In this document: positions 9,741 to 20,270 of the stretch, one piece after another | How the letters are laid out: the number at the start of each line of letters is the position of its first letter | How positions within the stretch are numbered: the first letter of the stretch is position 1 | From: a virus | Virus record (IMG/VR): IMGVR_UViG_3300045988_076310 | Direction: 5' to 3' (one strand) | Length of the DNA stretch: 63,174 nucleotides | Position numbers and translations under genes: made by a program | Notes under the pieces: generated by a model | The model's input: only the letters and a program-made list of their open reading frames with translations | Told to the model about the DNA's origin: nothing | The model's database searches: none

Positions 9741-10306
9741 TGAGTGCCCTGTATATAAACATCAAGAAGTGGCTTCAGATGTATGGAGCAGATGTACTAG
9801 ACTATTTTATTCAGCCTGACCATCCTGAAGAGAGAGACCCACGTAAAAGATATAATAACTTTGATGAACAGTTTAATAAACATGTAGGAACTTCTGAGCA
9901 CTTCCAACTTAACCAAGGGGCTGAGTTCCCTTTCCTAGCTATTGATATAGCCTGTGATAATAGTTCTAAGTGTTTCCCAAGGTTCTACATAAATTTCTCC
10001 GTATACTATTCTTCTGTCAGTCCTCCTACTGGAAGGGTCTGTATAGAGAACACCCCTGAGGGAAAACTAGAGTACAGAGAAGAAGTTCATTGTCAAATTA
10101 AAAACATGCTAACTCATCAAGTTAGTACACCTCAGGGGATACAGAGAAAGACTTTCGCTCAAGATGTAGCCTCATTGGAAAATTGGTACTTGCCTATCAA
10201 GGTCAAGATACAGGAAGTTGGATGTCCTGAAGACTTCTCTAATGAGCTTGTGGATGAGGTTGAAATGTTTTCCTTCCCTGTAACCTTATCAATTTATACA
10301 TGTTAG
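9737..10306 (+). CDS. Hypothetical neck/tail protein
   Basis: ATGA overlap with the upstream gene. Confidence 0.6.
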   Translation: MMSALYINIKKWLQMYGADVLDYFIQPDHPEERDPRKRYNNFDEQFNKHVGTSEHFQLNQGAEFPFLAIDIACDNSSKCFPRFYINFSVYYSSVSPPTGRVCIENTPEGKLEYREEVHCQIKNMLTHQVSTPQGIQRKTFAQDVASLENWYLPIKVKIQEVGCPEDFSNELVDEVEMFSFPVTLSIYTC

Positions 10307-10318
10307 AAGGAGAAAAAC

Positions 10319-10513
10319 ATGACTGTGGAAAAACCACTTAACATTGATGCGTTCTTCATGTCTCGTAATGAGATTGCTAACCGTCATGGAAGCAAACTTG
10401 AGCTTCAAGCAATGGCTAGAGTTCGTGAGCACATGGTAGAAGAAGCTAACAAACCAAAACCTTCAGTGCAAGCTGAAAAAGCCCAAGCTGACAATAAGAA
10501 AAAGGAGAAATAA
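10319..10513 (+). CDS. Small hypothetical protein (64 aa)
   Basis: AAGGAG RBS; stop abuts the next ATG. Confidence 0.55.
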   Translation: MTVEKPLNIDAFFMSRNEIANRHGSKLELQAMARVREHMVEEANKPKPSVQAEKAQADNKKKEK

Positions 10514-11869
10514 ATGTCTAACTGTTTTGTAGATATGAGTCATCCTATGTATGGCTACAACACTCAAGATAAAGACAATAAAATCATTGTCGCTATCAAT
10601 GAGGAAATTCGTCCTTGTGTTCGGTGGAAAGCTAACAAGCAAGTACAAATTCCTACAGGTACCTTAGTACAGTATGTTCGTAAGGATGTTCCTGAAGACC
10701 AACTTAACTGTACACCACTTAAATGCTTTAACACAGGAACACTCTATGTTAAATCTGCTGAAAAAGCTATCAAAGTTAAGTATCAAGTTCGTTCTGATGC
10801 TGATGACTTTGCTCTAGGGTTTAACATGGTATACGTTAATGTACCAAAAGCAGGTAAGTATCAGTTGAAGGTTACTGTTGCTGACTTCCCTGACCTACCA
10901 CAAGCTAACGCTTATGTGTACACTTACGACTTTGAAACTCATGCACCAGGATACGTTCTACGTACTATTGACTTAGCTGATACTAAAGCTATGACTCAAG
11001 TTGGTGAAGGATGGAAACCATCTGACCATGGTGTAGTTATCTCTTATGAAGTAACTTACAAAGGTGAAGATGAGTTTGATGGACAAATTGGACTTTCATC
11101 TCCAATGATTGTCAATGACCGTTCTGAGTTGCGTAAGTTCTCAAACGTATTGCTCTCATGTTTGACATCATTCACTCACAACATCTCAGTACCTACTACA
11201 GATGCTAGATGCTTTGGTCGTCAGTATGATAAGTCACAAATTGAAATCACAAAAGAAATCACAGCTACTACTACTTCATGTAATGACTACTGGTTGAACC
11301 CTCTTCAATCTATGTCTAAGAAAATGACAAGTGGTATCCCTGTGACAGACAGCTTCGTGGTTGAAAGAGTTGAAGTTGACGGTAAAGAGTACGGTTCATT
11401 GGTTATCCCTGACTTGTACTATGAAGACTGTAACACAATCATCATCTCTTCTGATAGATGTGATTGCACATACTTGTCTTCTATGCCAATTTCAGCAGGT
11501 GTCAACCTTGAAGATGATGAGTTCATTGCTTTGACTCAAACTCACCATGGATTAGATAGAGGTACAGTTCTTGTGAACCCTATGTATATCGGTGAGAAAT
11601 TGCTTGTTACTTACAATGGAGAGCGTGATGTTGAGCTTATCGTGGCAAACGATAAACGACTTCGTAACACTCACTTCCGTGTAACTCAAGTGGTTGAGAA
11701 CACTAGAGGTATCAAGGAATACTACGTATTCAACAATGTACTTATCACTGAAAACTCACGTGAGTTTGGTACAGATGGAGAAATCACTCTATCACTTACA
11801 TTCACTGTGAGCCGAGATGAAAATGGTAACTTCTACGAAATTCGTAGAAATGTGGAAGATGTAGCATAG
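10514..11869 (+). CDS. Putative major tail (tube) protein, unusually large
   Basis: 451-aa ORF with a GGAG RBS directly upstream of the tape measure. No chaperone pair lies in between. Confidence 0.4.
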   Translation: MSNCFVDMSHPMYGYNTQDKDNKIIVAINEEIRPCVRWKANKQVQIPTGTLVQYVRKDVPEDQLNCTPLKCFNTGTLYVKSAEKAIKVKYQVRSDADDFALGFNMVYVNVPKAGKYQLKVTVADFPDLPQANAYVYTYDFETHAPGYVLRTIDLADTKAMTQVGEGWKPSDHGVVISYEVTYKGEDEFDGQIGLSSPMIVNDRSELRKFSNVLLSCLTSFTHNISVPTTDARCFGRQYDKSQIEITKEITATTTSCNDYWLNPLQSMSKKMTSGIPVTDSFVVERVEVDGKEYGSLVIPDLYYEDCNTIIISSDRCDCTYLSSMPISAGVNLEDDEFIALTQTHHGLDRGTVLVNPMYIGEKLLVTYNGERDVELIVANDKRLRNTHFRVTQVVENTRGIKEYYVFNNVLITENSREFGTDGEITLSLTFTVSRDENGNFYEIRRNVEDVA

Positions 11870-11881
11870 GAGAACTTCTAG

Positions 11882-14800
11882 ATGTCAGTACGTACAATCG
11901 GTGTTAAGATTGATGGTCTCAATGATATTGAGTCAGCATCTAAACTATTACTTAACATGAAGAAGACTGTGCTTGACATTGAAAAGCTTATAAACAAAAT
12001 GGGCAAGTCTAATAGCTTGCCCTTTGTTAATATTAAGCTTCGGTTAAACACAGACGAAATTGAGAAACAAATTAAGTCAATCAATGGACTTGCAGATAAA
12101 GCTAGGGGTACTGGTAAGTCTCCTTTAGATGATAAAGCTCTTAAGCGTACATCTATTGAGGTCCATAACGTAGCTGAGTCATATAAGAACCTTTATAATG
12201 TCATTAATTCTGTGGATGGTGCTGTATCTAAGCTCACATCAAACATGATTAGATTAGGGGCTGTGAACCCTGCTAAAGCTATGTTAGGAAGCTTTAAGTC
12301 TATTTCTTCTGAAGTACTAGGCATCCAGCGTTCTCTAGCTTCTATGGTAGGTGGAGGACTCAAGGGAAGTCTCTCAGGCATTGTGTCAGGTGTCAGAACT
12401 GCTTTTCGTTCAGGTTTAGGAGAGCTTAACAAAGAAGCTAATAACCTTGGGGATGCTATGCAGATTTACCGTATCAACATGCAAGCATTAGGTAAGACTG
12501 AGAAAGAAATCAACTTATCTATGAAGCGGTTGGGTGATTATGGTAAGGCATCTGTGTTTGATGCTACTGACCTCTTGGAACAGGCTTCTACATTCACTGC
12601 CTATAATAGAGCTGATGCTGAAGAAATCACAAAAGCCTTTGCAGGACTTACAGCTCAGACTAAAAACCCTGTTGAGGGTATGAAAACCATTACCACACAG
12701 ATGTCTCAGATGTTGGCGGCAGGTGTACTTAATCAAGGGGACTTCCGTTTTATCCGTGAGAAATTCTCAGCTCTAGGTGCATCAGAGTTAAATAGAAGAC
12801 TTACTGAACTAGCTAAGTCTAAAGGTGAGGATACTATTGTAGATGCTACTAGAAAGAGACTTATCTCTACTGATGAGTTCCTTGATGTAGTCAAGCAGGT
12901 AGGTGGAGACCCAAGGTTCCAAGAACTTGTAACATCTATTGTTACACCTAGACAGGCTATTGCCAACTTAAAAGAAACCCTATCTAACCTCCTTGTGTTT
13001 GATAAGGTTGATGATGAGGGTAATATCACTCCTGGAGCACTTAACAAGGTTTATGTAGCTACTAGAGAGTTTATCAAAGGTATCACTGAAATTGTAGGTA
13101 GTGCCAAATTTGAGGAGTATGTCCGTAAGTTTGGTGATGCTGTTGGTGACTTGATTACTAAATTCTCTCAAGTAGGTAGAGTTATTGGTATGACCCAAGG
13201 TTCAGCCTTACTACGTTCCATGGAAACTTTTGGTAAAGAGTTATCAAAAGGGTTTGATGGTAAAGGCTTTGTCAACAATATCAGAGAACTATCTAAGTCT
13301 GTGGAGGACTTCTTCAGCACCACAGGTATATCTATTGGTAAGTTCCTTGGTGAAGCAGGTAATGAATATGTTAAATTCCTTCGTTCAATAGTTGATATTG
13401 GCAAGGAAGGCGTTACCAGTGGTTTCTTAGATGGTATCACTGAAATAGTTAAGATGTACAGAAACCTTGCTGACCTTGCTGTGTCATCAGGTGCGGTTAG
13501 ATTAGTTTCAGCAAGCTTTTCATGGTTCTTTAAAGTAGTTAATGATGTAATTACTAGAGGGGCTAATGTAAGTGCTCTTAAGCAAACTGTAAATTCACTA
13601 GGAAGCTTTGTGGAACAACTCTTTGACTCTATCCAGTTCATTGGAACTAAGACTAATCTTATTCCTACCGCTTTAGGTGTTGTTAAGAGCATCCTTAACT
13701 TCTTCACTGAGGTTATGGCTAAGACTCAGAAAGGATTAAACCCTTCAGGAGTTAATGCAGGTCTTAAGAAGATTGGTCAAGTTATTGATAACCTCTTGAA
13801 AGGACTAGCTCCTATTGTGGCTGAGCTTGGTTCAGGGTTAATCAATGCACTCACATCCTCTTCAGGAGTTGCTTTCTTCAGAGCTATTGGTAACTTTATC
13901 AAAGCTGTGGTAGAAGGCATCAAAAACCTTTTTGCTCAGTTAGGTAGTGGTAATGTTGAAATTGGGATGAGAAAAGTCCTTAACACAGTAACTACCATTA
14001 TCAATGTGCTAACTTCTATTGCTAATGTAATTGGTGCCAATGCTAAGATTTTCCTTATTGGTACTATCCTTGCTAAGGTTGGTGGTATTGTAGGTAAGTT
14101 AGTTACTTTCCTAGGTACTACTATAAATAGCCTTAACTCTATCAGAGGTATATCACCAGGTTCTATATTCAATAGAAGCTCACAAGGTGGTTCACAGGGT
14201 GGTTTTGGAGGCTTCCTACCTTTTAGTAAAGGTTCTAGTGCACCTAAGTATCAGCTAGGTAACAGGTGGGACCTTTCTAAGCAACTTATGAGCAATTCTT
14301 ATGCAAGCTATCAACTTGCATACGCCCAAACAGGTAGTAGATGGCAAGGTCTTAAGGCAGGTGTACAATCTACCAAAGGTTATGCTAAGATGTTCTCTCA
14401 ACAAGCCTCAGGAGCTATGAAGTCCTTTGGTAAGGGAGCTCTAATGCTAGGTGGGATGTTCAGTGGAATGATTTTTGATGGAGTTAATGGATTAGTCCAA
14501 AACTCTAATATGTCACCTATCTTGAAGAAGGGTTCCACTGTGCTTACATCAACTGCTTCAAGTGCTCTCATGGGAGCAAGCATGGGGACATTCTTCGGAC
14601 CTGTAGGAACTGCTATTGGAGCAGGTATAGGCGGTTTGCTTGGAGTAGCTTCAGGATTATTCACTACAGCTCAGGAAGAGCAACTTGCTGAACAAGAGCG
14701 TGAACTCAAGAGACAGGTTAAGAAGGAAGAAGAGCAAGCTAAGGAAGAGCAATTAAAAGCTAAAGTTGAAGCCTTGAAAGAAGAAGGAAGGTCCTATACA

Positions 14801-16630
14801 GAACTCCTTAGAGGTTTCTACAGATCTATTGGAAGCAATGGAGAGTCTAACTTAGCTAACTCAATATCTGCTGTGTCAGGAATTTCTAACCAAACAGGTA
14901 TGAATGCTAAGAACTCTAAGTCATCTATTGGTTTAGCTAATATAAACCCTGACTTTGAGAAACTATCAACATATAATGTTGATATCAATGGTGAGACTAA
15001 GACATGGCAACAATGGAAAGAACAGTTTGGGGTTACTGATGAAGAACTTCTTGCTTCACTTCAGTTGTTCTATGGTTCTATGGGACAAAAGATGTTTGAG
15101 GTTAAGAGTTCCATTGATGGAACAACACAAGAAATTCAGACATTCTCACCAGGTGAACAGAGTAGACAGGGACTAAACACTGAGAGGTTCAAAAATGCTG
15201 TTATGTCTATTTGGGGAGGTTTAGACCAAACCAAGGAATACTTGTATAAGGACCTAAGTGTTTACTCAGAAAGCCTTAAGTCAGCCCTTGATGGTAGTAA
15301 GTTTTCATCTAAGGAAGACCAAGAAACTGCCTTAATTGAAGCTCTTAAGCAAGTAGGTATCTCTGAGGAGTTTCTTAAGGAACAGTCTAGAGGAAATCTT
15401 ATTGACTATGCAACTAAGCTTCAGAAATCAGCAGAAAGCCTAAGTAAGAGCTCACAAGAAGCTAATGCTGATAGGATAGAAAGTATCAACAAACATCTAT
15501 CAAAGGTTCCTACAGAAATTAGGAATATTTTAACAGAATATGTTAAAAATTCTTCACTTGATATAGCAGAAGAGATAGACCAAGTTGCTTATCAGTATAA
15601 AACTATCAAGAAAACTAATGATAGTGCTCATAGAGCAGGTCTAGCTGATAAGTTGGGTGAGCTTGAGAATAAAGTCAATGAAGTAGCCTCAGGTAAGATG
15701 AACGATTTTCTTGAAGGTATCAGAAATAGCTCTAAGAGTGATGATACCAAGAAAGAAAAGTTATCAGGATTTATCTCTAAGATGAAAGGCTTTGATGAAG
15801 AGATTGGTGATATCATTGCTGACCGTATGGTAGAAAAAGGAGAAACCTTTGCTGAAGCTGTGAAGAACTTCCAAAAAGAGAACACTATATCTCCTGAAAA
15901 GCTTGAGAAAACAAAAGCAACTATTACAAACTATACAAATGCTATAGGTAAAATGTTTGCTAATGGTGATATCAAGATTGAAGAAGCTAGTGCCTTACTA
16001 TATGGTATAGACATCTCTAACATAGATACCACAAAACTTGATGCTAAAGGTAAAGCCCTCCTTGAAGAAGTCAAGAAAAAGGTGGATACTACTGATGGAG
16101 CTATCGGTAAGATTAAGTCAGCGGTAGAGAAGAACAACCCAGGAGATGTTGATACCACTAGTATTGAAAATGCTAGTGCTGAAATCAACCAAGCTTTAGC
16201 TTCACTAACAGCTAAAGCTACAGGAGCTATGCAAAGTATTATAGCTAAGATACAATCAGGCTCAGGAAGTATTGCTAACAGAATTGGAAGTAAGAAGTCC
16301 AAACACAAGTTTGCAGGAGGAGCTGTTAAGTACTACTCAGGAGGAAGCTTTGGAGGTGTAGATTTTGTTTCACGTGGAACAGACACAGTGCCAACTATGC
16401 TGACTCCAGGTGAGTATGTACTTCGTAAGAAAGCTGTTGATAGTCTAGGAACTAACTTCTTAGACAAGCTCAACAAGTATGGCTTCAGTGCTTTACAAAA
16501 GGGCACAGGTCAGACTATAATTAATAATGTATATAACAATAACAATGCTCAGATTAGTCAAAATATTGACAATAAGTCTCAGTATTTGAATGGTATGTAT
16601 GGAATTGACAAGTTAATGAGGTATGTTTAA
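11882..16630 (+). CDS. Tail tape measure protein
   Basis: 1582 aa. Has Gly/Ala/Ser-rich hydrophobic segments, E/K coiled coils (EQERELKRQVKKEEEQAKEEQLKAKVEALKEE), and sits upstream of Dit/Tal. Confidence 0.9.
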   Translation: MSVRTIGVKIDGLNDIESASKLLLNMKKTVLDIEKLINKMGKSNSLPFVNIKLRLNTDEIEKQIKSINGLADKARGTGKSPLDDKALKRTSIEVHNVAESYKNLYNVINSVDGAVSKLTSNMIRLGAVNPAKAMLGSFKSISSEVLGIQRSLASMVGGGLKGSLSGIVSGVRTAFRSGLGELNKEANNLGDAMQIYRINMQALGKTEKEINLSMKRLGDYGKASVFDATDLLEQASTFTAYNRADAEEITKAFAGLTAQTKNPVEGMKTITTQMSQMLAAGVLNQGDFRFIREKFSALGASELNRRLTELAKSKGEDTIVDATRKRLISTDEFLDVVKQVGGDPRFQELVTSIVTPRQAIANLKETLSNLLVFDKVDDEGNITPGALNKVYVATREFIKGITEIVGSAKFEEYVRKFGDAVGDLITKFSQVGRVIGMTQGSALLRSMETFGKELSKGFDGKGFVNNIRELSKSVEDFFSTTGISIGKFLGEAGNEYVKFLRSIVDIGKEGVTSGFLDGITEIVKMYRNLADLAVSSGAVRLVSASFSWFFKVVNDVITRGANVSALKQTVNSLGSFVEQLFDSIQFIGTKTNLIPTALGVVKSILNFFTEVMAKTQKGLNPSGVNAGLKKIGQVIDNLLKGLAPIVAELGSGLINALTSSSGVAFFRAIGNFIKAVVEGIKNLFAQLGSGNVEIGMRKVLNTVTTIINVLTSIANVIGANAKIFLIGTILAKVGGIVGKLVTFLGTTINSLNSIRGISPGSIFNRSSQGGSQGGFGGFLPFSKGSSAPKYQLGNRWDLSKQLMSNSYASYQLAYAQTGSRWQGLKAGVQSTKGYAKMFSQQASGAMKSFGKGALMLGGMFSGMIFDGVNGLVQNSNMSPILKKGSTVLTSTASSALMGASMGTFFGPVGTAIGAGIGGLLGVASGLFTTAQEEQLAEQERELKRQVKKEEEQAKEEQLKAKVEALKEEGRSYTELLRGFYRSIGSNGESNLANSISAVSGISNQTGMNAKNSKSSIGLANINPDFEKLSTYNVDINGETKTWQQWKEQFGVTDEELLASLQLFYGSMGQKMFEVKSSIDGTTQEIQTFSPGEQSRQGLNTERFKNAVMSIWGGLDQTKEYLYKDLSVYSESLKSALDGSKFSSKEDQETALIEALKQVGISEEFLKEQSRGNLIDYATKLQKSAESLSKSSQEANADRIESINKHLSKVPTEIRNILTEYVKNSSLDIAEEIDQVAYQYKTIKKTNDSAHRAGLADKLGELENKVNEVASGKMNDFLEGIRNSSKSDDTKKEKLSGFISKMKGFDEEIGDIIADRMVEKGETFAEAVKNFQKENTISPEKLEKTKATITNYTNAIGKMFANGDIKIEEASALLYGIDISNIDTTKLDAKGKALLEEVKKKVDTTDGAIGKIKSAVEKNNPGDVDTTSIENASAEINQALASLTAKATGAMQSIIAKIQSGSGSIANRIGSKKSKHKFAGGAVKYYSGGSFGGVDFVSRGTDTVPTMLTPGEYVLRKKAVDSLGTNFLDKLNKYGFSALQKGTGQTIINNVYNNNNAQISQNIDNKSQYLNGMYGIDKLMRYV

Positions 16631-17739
16631 TGTTTAGATGTGATGAAAACTTTTCAAAACCTAAACGATATATCCAATATAATGACCTTGTGTTCCTTGG
16701 TAGAAAGTCTATTGATGAACAGTCAGAAAGTATTAGTCTGAGAGAGAGTAAAACCTCTCGGACTTTTACTCATGGCTCTTATGTTGGTAATCAGAGTGAT
16801 AAGTCACTGATAGAAAGTAACTCTATCTCACTGAAGGTTGCCCTTAGAACCCAAGACTGGTCTGAGGAGCATGTTCAGGCTCACTATGACTTTATCATTG
16901 AACAACTAACTACACCAGGTAAGCTGTGGGCTATTCAAACAGGTCTACAGCTTGTGTGGTGTAATGCTTATGTTACTAGTATTCAATCAGCTAAGGAGTG
17001 GGTAATCACAGATGATGACTACCTAGTATTCAAAGTTGAACTAGATAACCCTGATGGTGTTTGGTATAAGGCAGATGAGGCTAAGACCTATCTAGAGCCC
17101 TATGATAACTGTGACTTTATTGAGATGAAGGCTAGTTGCTTAGGTAAGTCTAGAGCTTGCTGTAACACTCTACCTAACTGTGATAATCACTGTGAATGTT
17201 GTGAGACAGATTGTGGTGAGATGGATGGTATGGTAGACCTATGTACTGCTCAGACTAATGTCCAGTTTATGAATGACTTCTATGAAGAGTGTAACTCTAA
17301 ATGGAGAGTAGTATATAACTGTTCTAGATGCAAACAGGATGGAAAACAGCTTAAGGACCTCTACAAACATGCTATCTGTGATACATGTGTAAATGAGGTT
17401 ATGACAGGTGACTTCCTATCAACTACTGTTCTAGATAGTCACAGATGGAGTTTTGCTCTTGAAGGTGACTTTAAGGACCCTATTGTAAGGCTAAATGATA
17501 GAGATTTTAAGATTTTAGGTACCTACAGTGGAGTACTCACAGCAGATTATAAGGGTAACGTTAAATATGCTAAGTCTTGGGAGTGTTTAGAGTTCAGTTA
17601 TAATGAGGTGTCTCTTGATGCCTTAAGATTGTGTGCTGAGATGCCTTATGTTAAGAAAGGTCTAAATACTATTTCTGTGAGTGGTGTTGTGAGTGAGAGT
17701 GCTTGTATCTACTTGGATTATGAGAGTGTAACTATATGA
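16630..17739 (+). CDS. Distal tail protein (Dit) candidate with a Cys-rich insertion
   Basis: First gene after the TMP (ATG overlaps the stop). A 93-aa segment (17110..17388) contains 15 Cys. Confidence 0.55.
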   Translation: MFRCDENFSKPKRYIQYNDLVFLGRKSIDEQSESISLRESKTSRTFTHGSYVGNQSDKSLIESNSISLKVALRTQDWSEEHVQAHYDFIIEQLTTPGKLWAIQTGLQLVWCNAYVTSIQSAKEWVITDDDYLVFKVELDNPDGVWYKADEAKTYLEPYDNCDFIEMKASCLGKSRACCNTLPNCDNHCECCETDCGEMDGMVDLCTAQTNVQFMNDFYEECNSKWRVVYNCSRCKQDGKQLKDLYKHAICDTCVNEVMTGDFLSTTVLDSHRWSFALEGDFKDPIVRLNDRDFKILGTYSGVLTADYKGNVKYAKSWECLEFSYNEVSLDALRLCAEMPYVKKGLNTISVSGVVSESACIYLDYESVTI

Positions 17740-19010
17740 TTGGATATATTTTAAATAGCAATGGTTCAGGCAGAAGGTCTACCATTATTCCTAAGGAAGA
17801 CTTTCTAGGTGAAATTTCAGTTGAGTTCTCCATGATGGAGGTTCCTGCAATTCAATTAACCCTTCCTATTAGATATTCTAAATTAATTAGTGGAAACACA
17901 CATATTATACTTCAAACAGATGACTGGAAGTATGAGGGTTATGCAGGAGATAAGTCAAATGACTTCAAGGATATGACTGTGACTGTGAAGACCTCTCATG
18001 TGATAGGTAGGTTGGGTAAACGAACCCTTCCTACCAATGTCACTGTTAAGGCTCGTTCTGTAGTATCTGCTGTGGAACAAGCTCTAGGATACTGGTCTAA
18101 TGAAGCTCACAAGGATGACCTTCTAAATGACTTTAAGATTAAGTATGTTGATGACTATGCTGAGAAAAACCTGATTGAGTATGAGTTCTCTAATGAGACT
18201 TTCCTTGAATTTCTTACTAAAGTATGTGAGAAGACCACATCTTTATATTGGAGAGTCAATCGCTATGACCCTTACCTGATTGAGTTTGGTATCTTTGGGA
18301 TTAAGAAGGATGTTCTAATAAATGAGTATAATCATTTAGTATCTCTAGATAACGTAGAGGAGAACTATGAGGATACTATCAATATTGCTGTAGCAATGTC
18401 TGATAAGTCAGACTCAGGAGCTAGTTCACTGACACTGAGAGACATCTTCTATAACCCTAAATTTATGCTAGAAGGTTTCCCTGTGATTAAGACAGGTAAC
18501 AAGGTAAACTCACAGCGTTCTTATGACTATCCACAGCTTCCTGTGTTTGCTCCTGAGATTATCGGTGATGAGTTTGCTGTAATGGATACAGAAGGTATTG
18601 CCCTTGAAGCAGGAGAGCTCTATTGGGGTACTGTAACTGATAATGATACACAGTCTATTGCTGAGGATAACAGAGAAATCACAGATGCAGATAGGCTAAA
18701 GGCAACTGAACAGCTCTATCGTACAGCTATTAGACGGTTGAAGAACTCTAGAAGAAAGGTCATCTACTCTATGACTATAGAACCTATCACTGAGAAAAGA
18801 GTTCAACCAGGAGATAGGGTGATGTTTGTGCTTAATGCAGGTGTTTGGGAACTAACAGCTTGCACTAAGTACTATGAGAAAATTCTCAAGACAAGCTCAT
18901 GGTTCTTTTTAACTAAGATTACTGACACCTATAATGATGGAGTACACTTACAGAAGCTAGAGCTATCTAAATACCTCTATAGTGATAGAGATATTGTAGT
19001 AAATCAGTAG
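17736..19010 (+). CDS. Tail-associated/baseplate hub protein (Tal) candidate
   Basis: Second gene after the TMP, 424 aa, with an ATGA overlap. Confidence 0.55.
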   Translation: MIGYILNSNGSGRRSTIIPKEDFLGEISVEFSMMEVPAIQLTLPIRYSKLISGNTHIILQTDDWKYEGYAGDKSNDFKDMTVTVKTSHVIGRLGKRTLPTNVTVKARSVVSAVEQALGYWSNEAHKDDLLNDFKIKYVDDYAEKNLIEYEFSNETFLEFLTKVCEKTTSLYWRVNRYDPYLIEFGIFGIKKDVLINEYNHLVSLDNVEENYEDTINIAVAMSDKSDSGASSLTLRDIFYNPKFMLEGFPVIKTGNKVNSQRSYDYPQLPVFAPEIIGDEFAVMDTEGIALEAGELYWGTVTDNDTQSIAEDNREITDADRLKATEQLYRTAIRRLKNSRRKVIYSMTIEPITEKRVQPGDRVMFVLNAGVWELTACTKYYEKILKTSSWFFLTKITDTYNDGVHLQKLELSKYLYSDRDIVVNQ

Positions 19011-19018
19011 GGGGTAAC

Positions 19019-20263
19019 ATGGCTAACCAGTTAAACAAACTAATTAATACTGTTGGTAGAACTAAAGCTAGAGTTATCCAACAATCAAAACAGCGTAGAG
19101 GTGGAGTTACTGACCTTTACGCTCTTGATTATGTGGGCTCATTATCTACCTCTACATCTTGTCCTCCTGTGAAGGATGATAGCTTGGCAGGAAGTGAAAG
19201 TGATGACCTTGAGACTAGAATTAAAACACTAGTAAGGGCTATTAAGAAAGAAATTCCTGATGCAACTCCTGAGGGTGTTGCAGGTATAGTAGGATATTTT
19301 GGTAGAGAGTCTAATGTCACTGCTAGAAGGTATGAAGCTGACTATGTTACTAATTTTCAGTTTGATAAGATGCTTCAGGAACCAACAGCAGAAAATCTAC
19401 TAGGCTCTTGGGGAGCTTTTGCAGGACTTTATGACCAACCATTATATGAGCCAGGTTATAATGTAGGAGGAAAACACTACATTGGTCTAGGTCTTGGTCA
19501 ATGGACTGGTCCTAGAGCTAAAACCTTATATGATTTTGCTAAGACTAGAAATAGTAACTTCTTTACCTTTAACACTCAGGTTGCCTTTATGATGAGTGAG
19601 GAAGGACTTAAGAATGTTGTAAAAGAAGTTGCCACTAGTAAGCTAGATGTAGCACAGAATACTGCTAGGTTCCTAGCGGATTGGGGTGGAGTTGCAGGTA
19701 ACGCTCTTCAAGAGAGAATTGACTTTGCCAATAAATATTTAGACCTCATCAAGAATACTTTGAGTAGTAAGAATACTGATGAGGACACTGAAAAGACTAA
19801 ATCTGAAGGTGATACTGTGGTCATTGATAGGACACAAGGTTCAGCAAGTTTCAGAGTACTTGTACCTAGTGACCTTGATAGGTTCCAAAGATGGTTCCTG
19901 AAGTTCGTCATAGAGATGGATAAGAGCCCCTGTGAGGGAGGTAACGTTATACCCCTTACAGATGTCCACTTAGTTGTTTCTGCTTCAAATCAAGCCACAG
20001 GAGAGACCTCAGAGATTGAATTAACAGAAATCTTCAGAAGGCAATGGGGATGTAACTGGATTGGAGATGATGCTAGTGGAGAAGGTATCTTCCCTAACAA
20101 CAACCCAATGGAAGGTTATGACCTTATGTACTCAGCTTGGTACCTAAATGATGCTCAAAGAAGTGCCTTATTTAGTCCAGGAGAGAAGATTTTCACTATT
20201 TATGCACTAGGAGAGGCTAAGATTACACTTAGAAACTTCCTTAAGTTTAGTCATATAAATTAG
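19019..20263 (+). CDS. Virion-associated peptidoglycan hydrolase (phage tail lysozyme-like N-terminal domain)
   Basis: Motifs GVAGIVGYFGRESN, YIGLGLGQWTGPRAKTLYDFAK and QVAFMMSE resemble the tail-tip lysozyme family. Located in the tail module. Confidence 0.55.
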   Translation: MANQLNKLINTVGRTKARVIQQSKQRRGGVTDLYALDYVGSLSTSTSCPPVKDDSLAGSESDDLETRIKTLVRAIKKEIPDATPEGVAGIVGYFGRESNVTARRYEADYVTNFQFDKMLQEPTAENLLGSWGAFAGLYDQPLYEPGYNVGGKHYIGLGLGQWTGPRAKTLYDFAKTRNSNFFTFNTQVAFMMSEEGLKNVVKEVATSKLDVAQNTARFLADWGGVAGNALQERIDFANKYLDLIKNTLSSKNTDEDTEKTKSEGDTVVIDRTQGSASFRVLVPSDLDRFQRWFLKFVIEMDKSPCEGGNVIPLTDVHLVVSASNQATGETSEIELTEIFRRQWGCNWIGDDASGEGIFPNNNPMEGYDLMYSAWYLNDAQRSALFSPGEKIFTIYALGEAKITLRNFLKFSHIN

Positions 20264-20270
20264 GAGAGTT

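Noticed and set aside
12193-16308. A series of minus-strand ORFs (12193..12432, 12733..13047, 13168..13707, 13936..14172, 14398..14664, 15628..15885, 15931..16308) and a + alternate-frame ORF at 14955..15176, all inside the tape measure gene.
   Set aside because: All lie entirely within the 1582-aa TMP ORF. They have low-complexity, Pro/Ser/Leu-rich translations typical of antisense readings of a biased gene, and lack RBS or start context.
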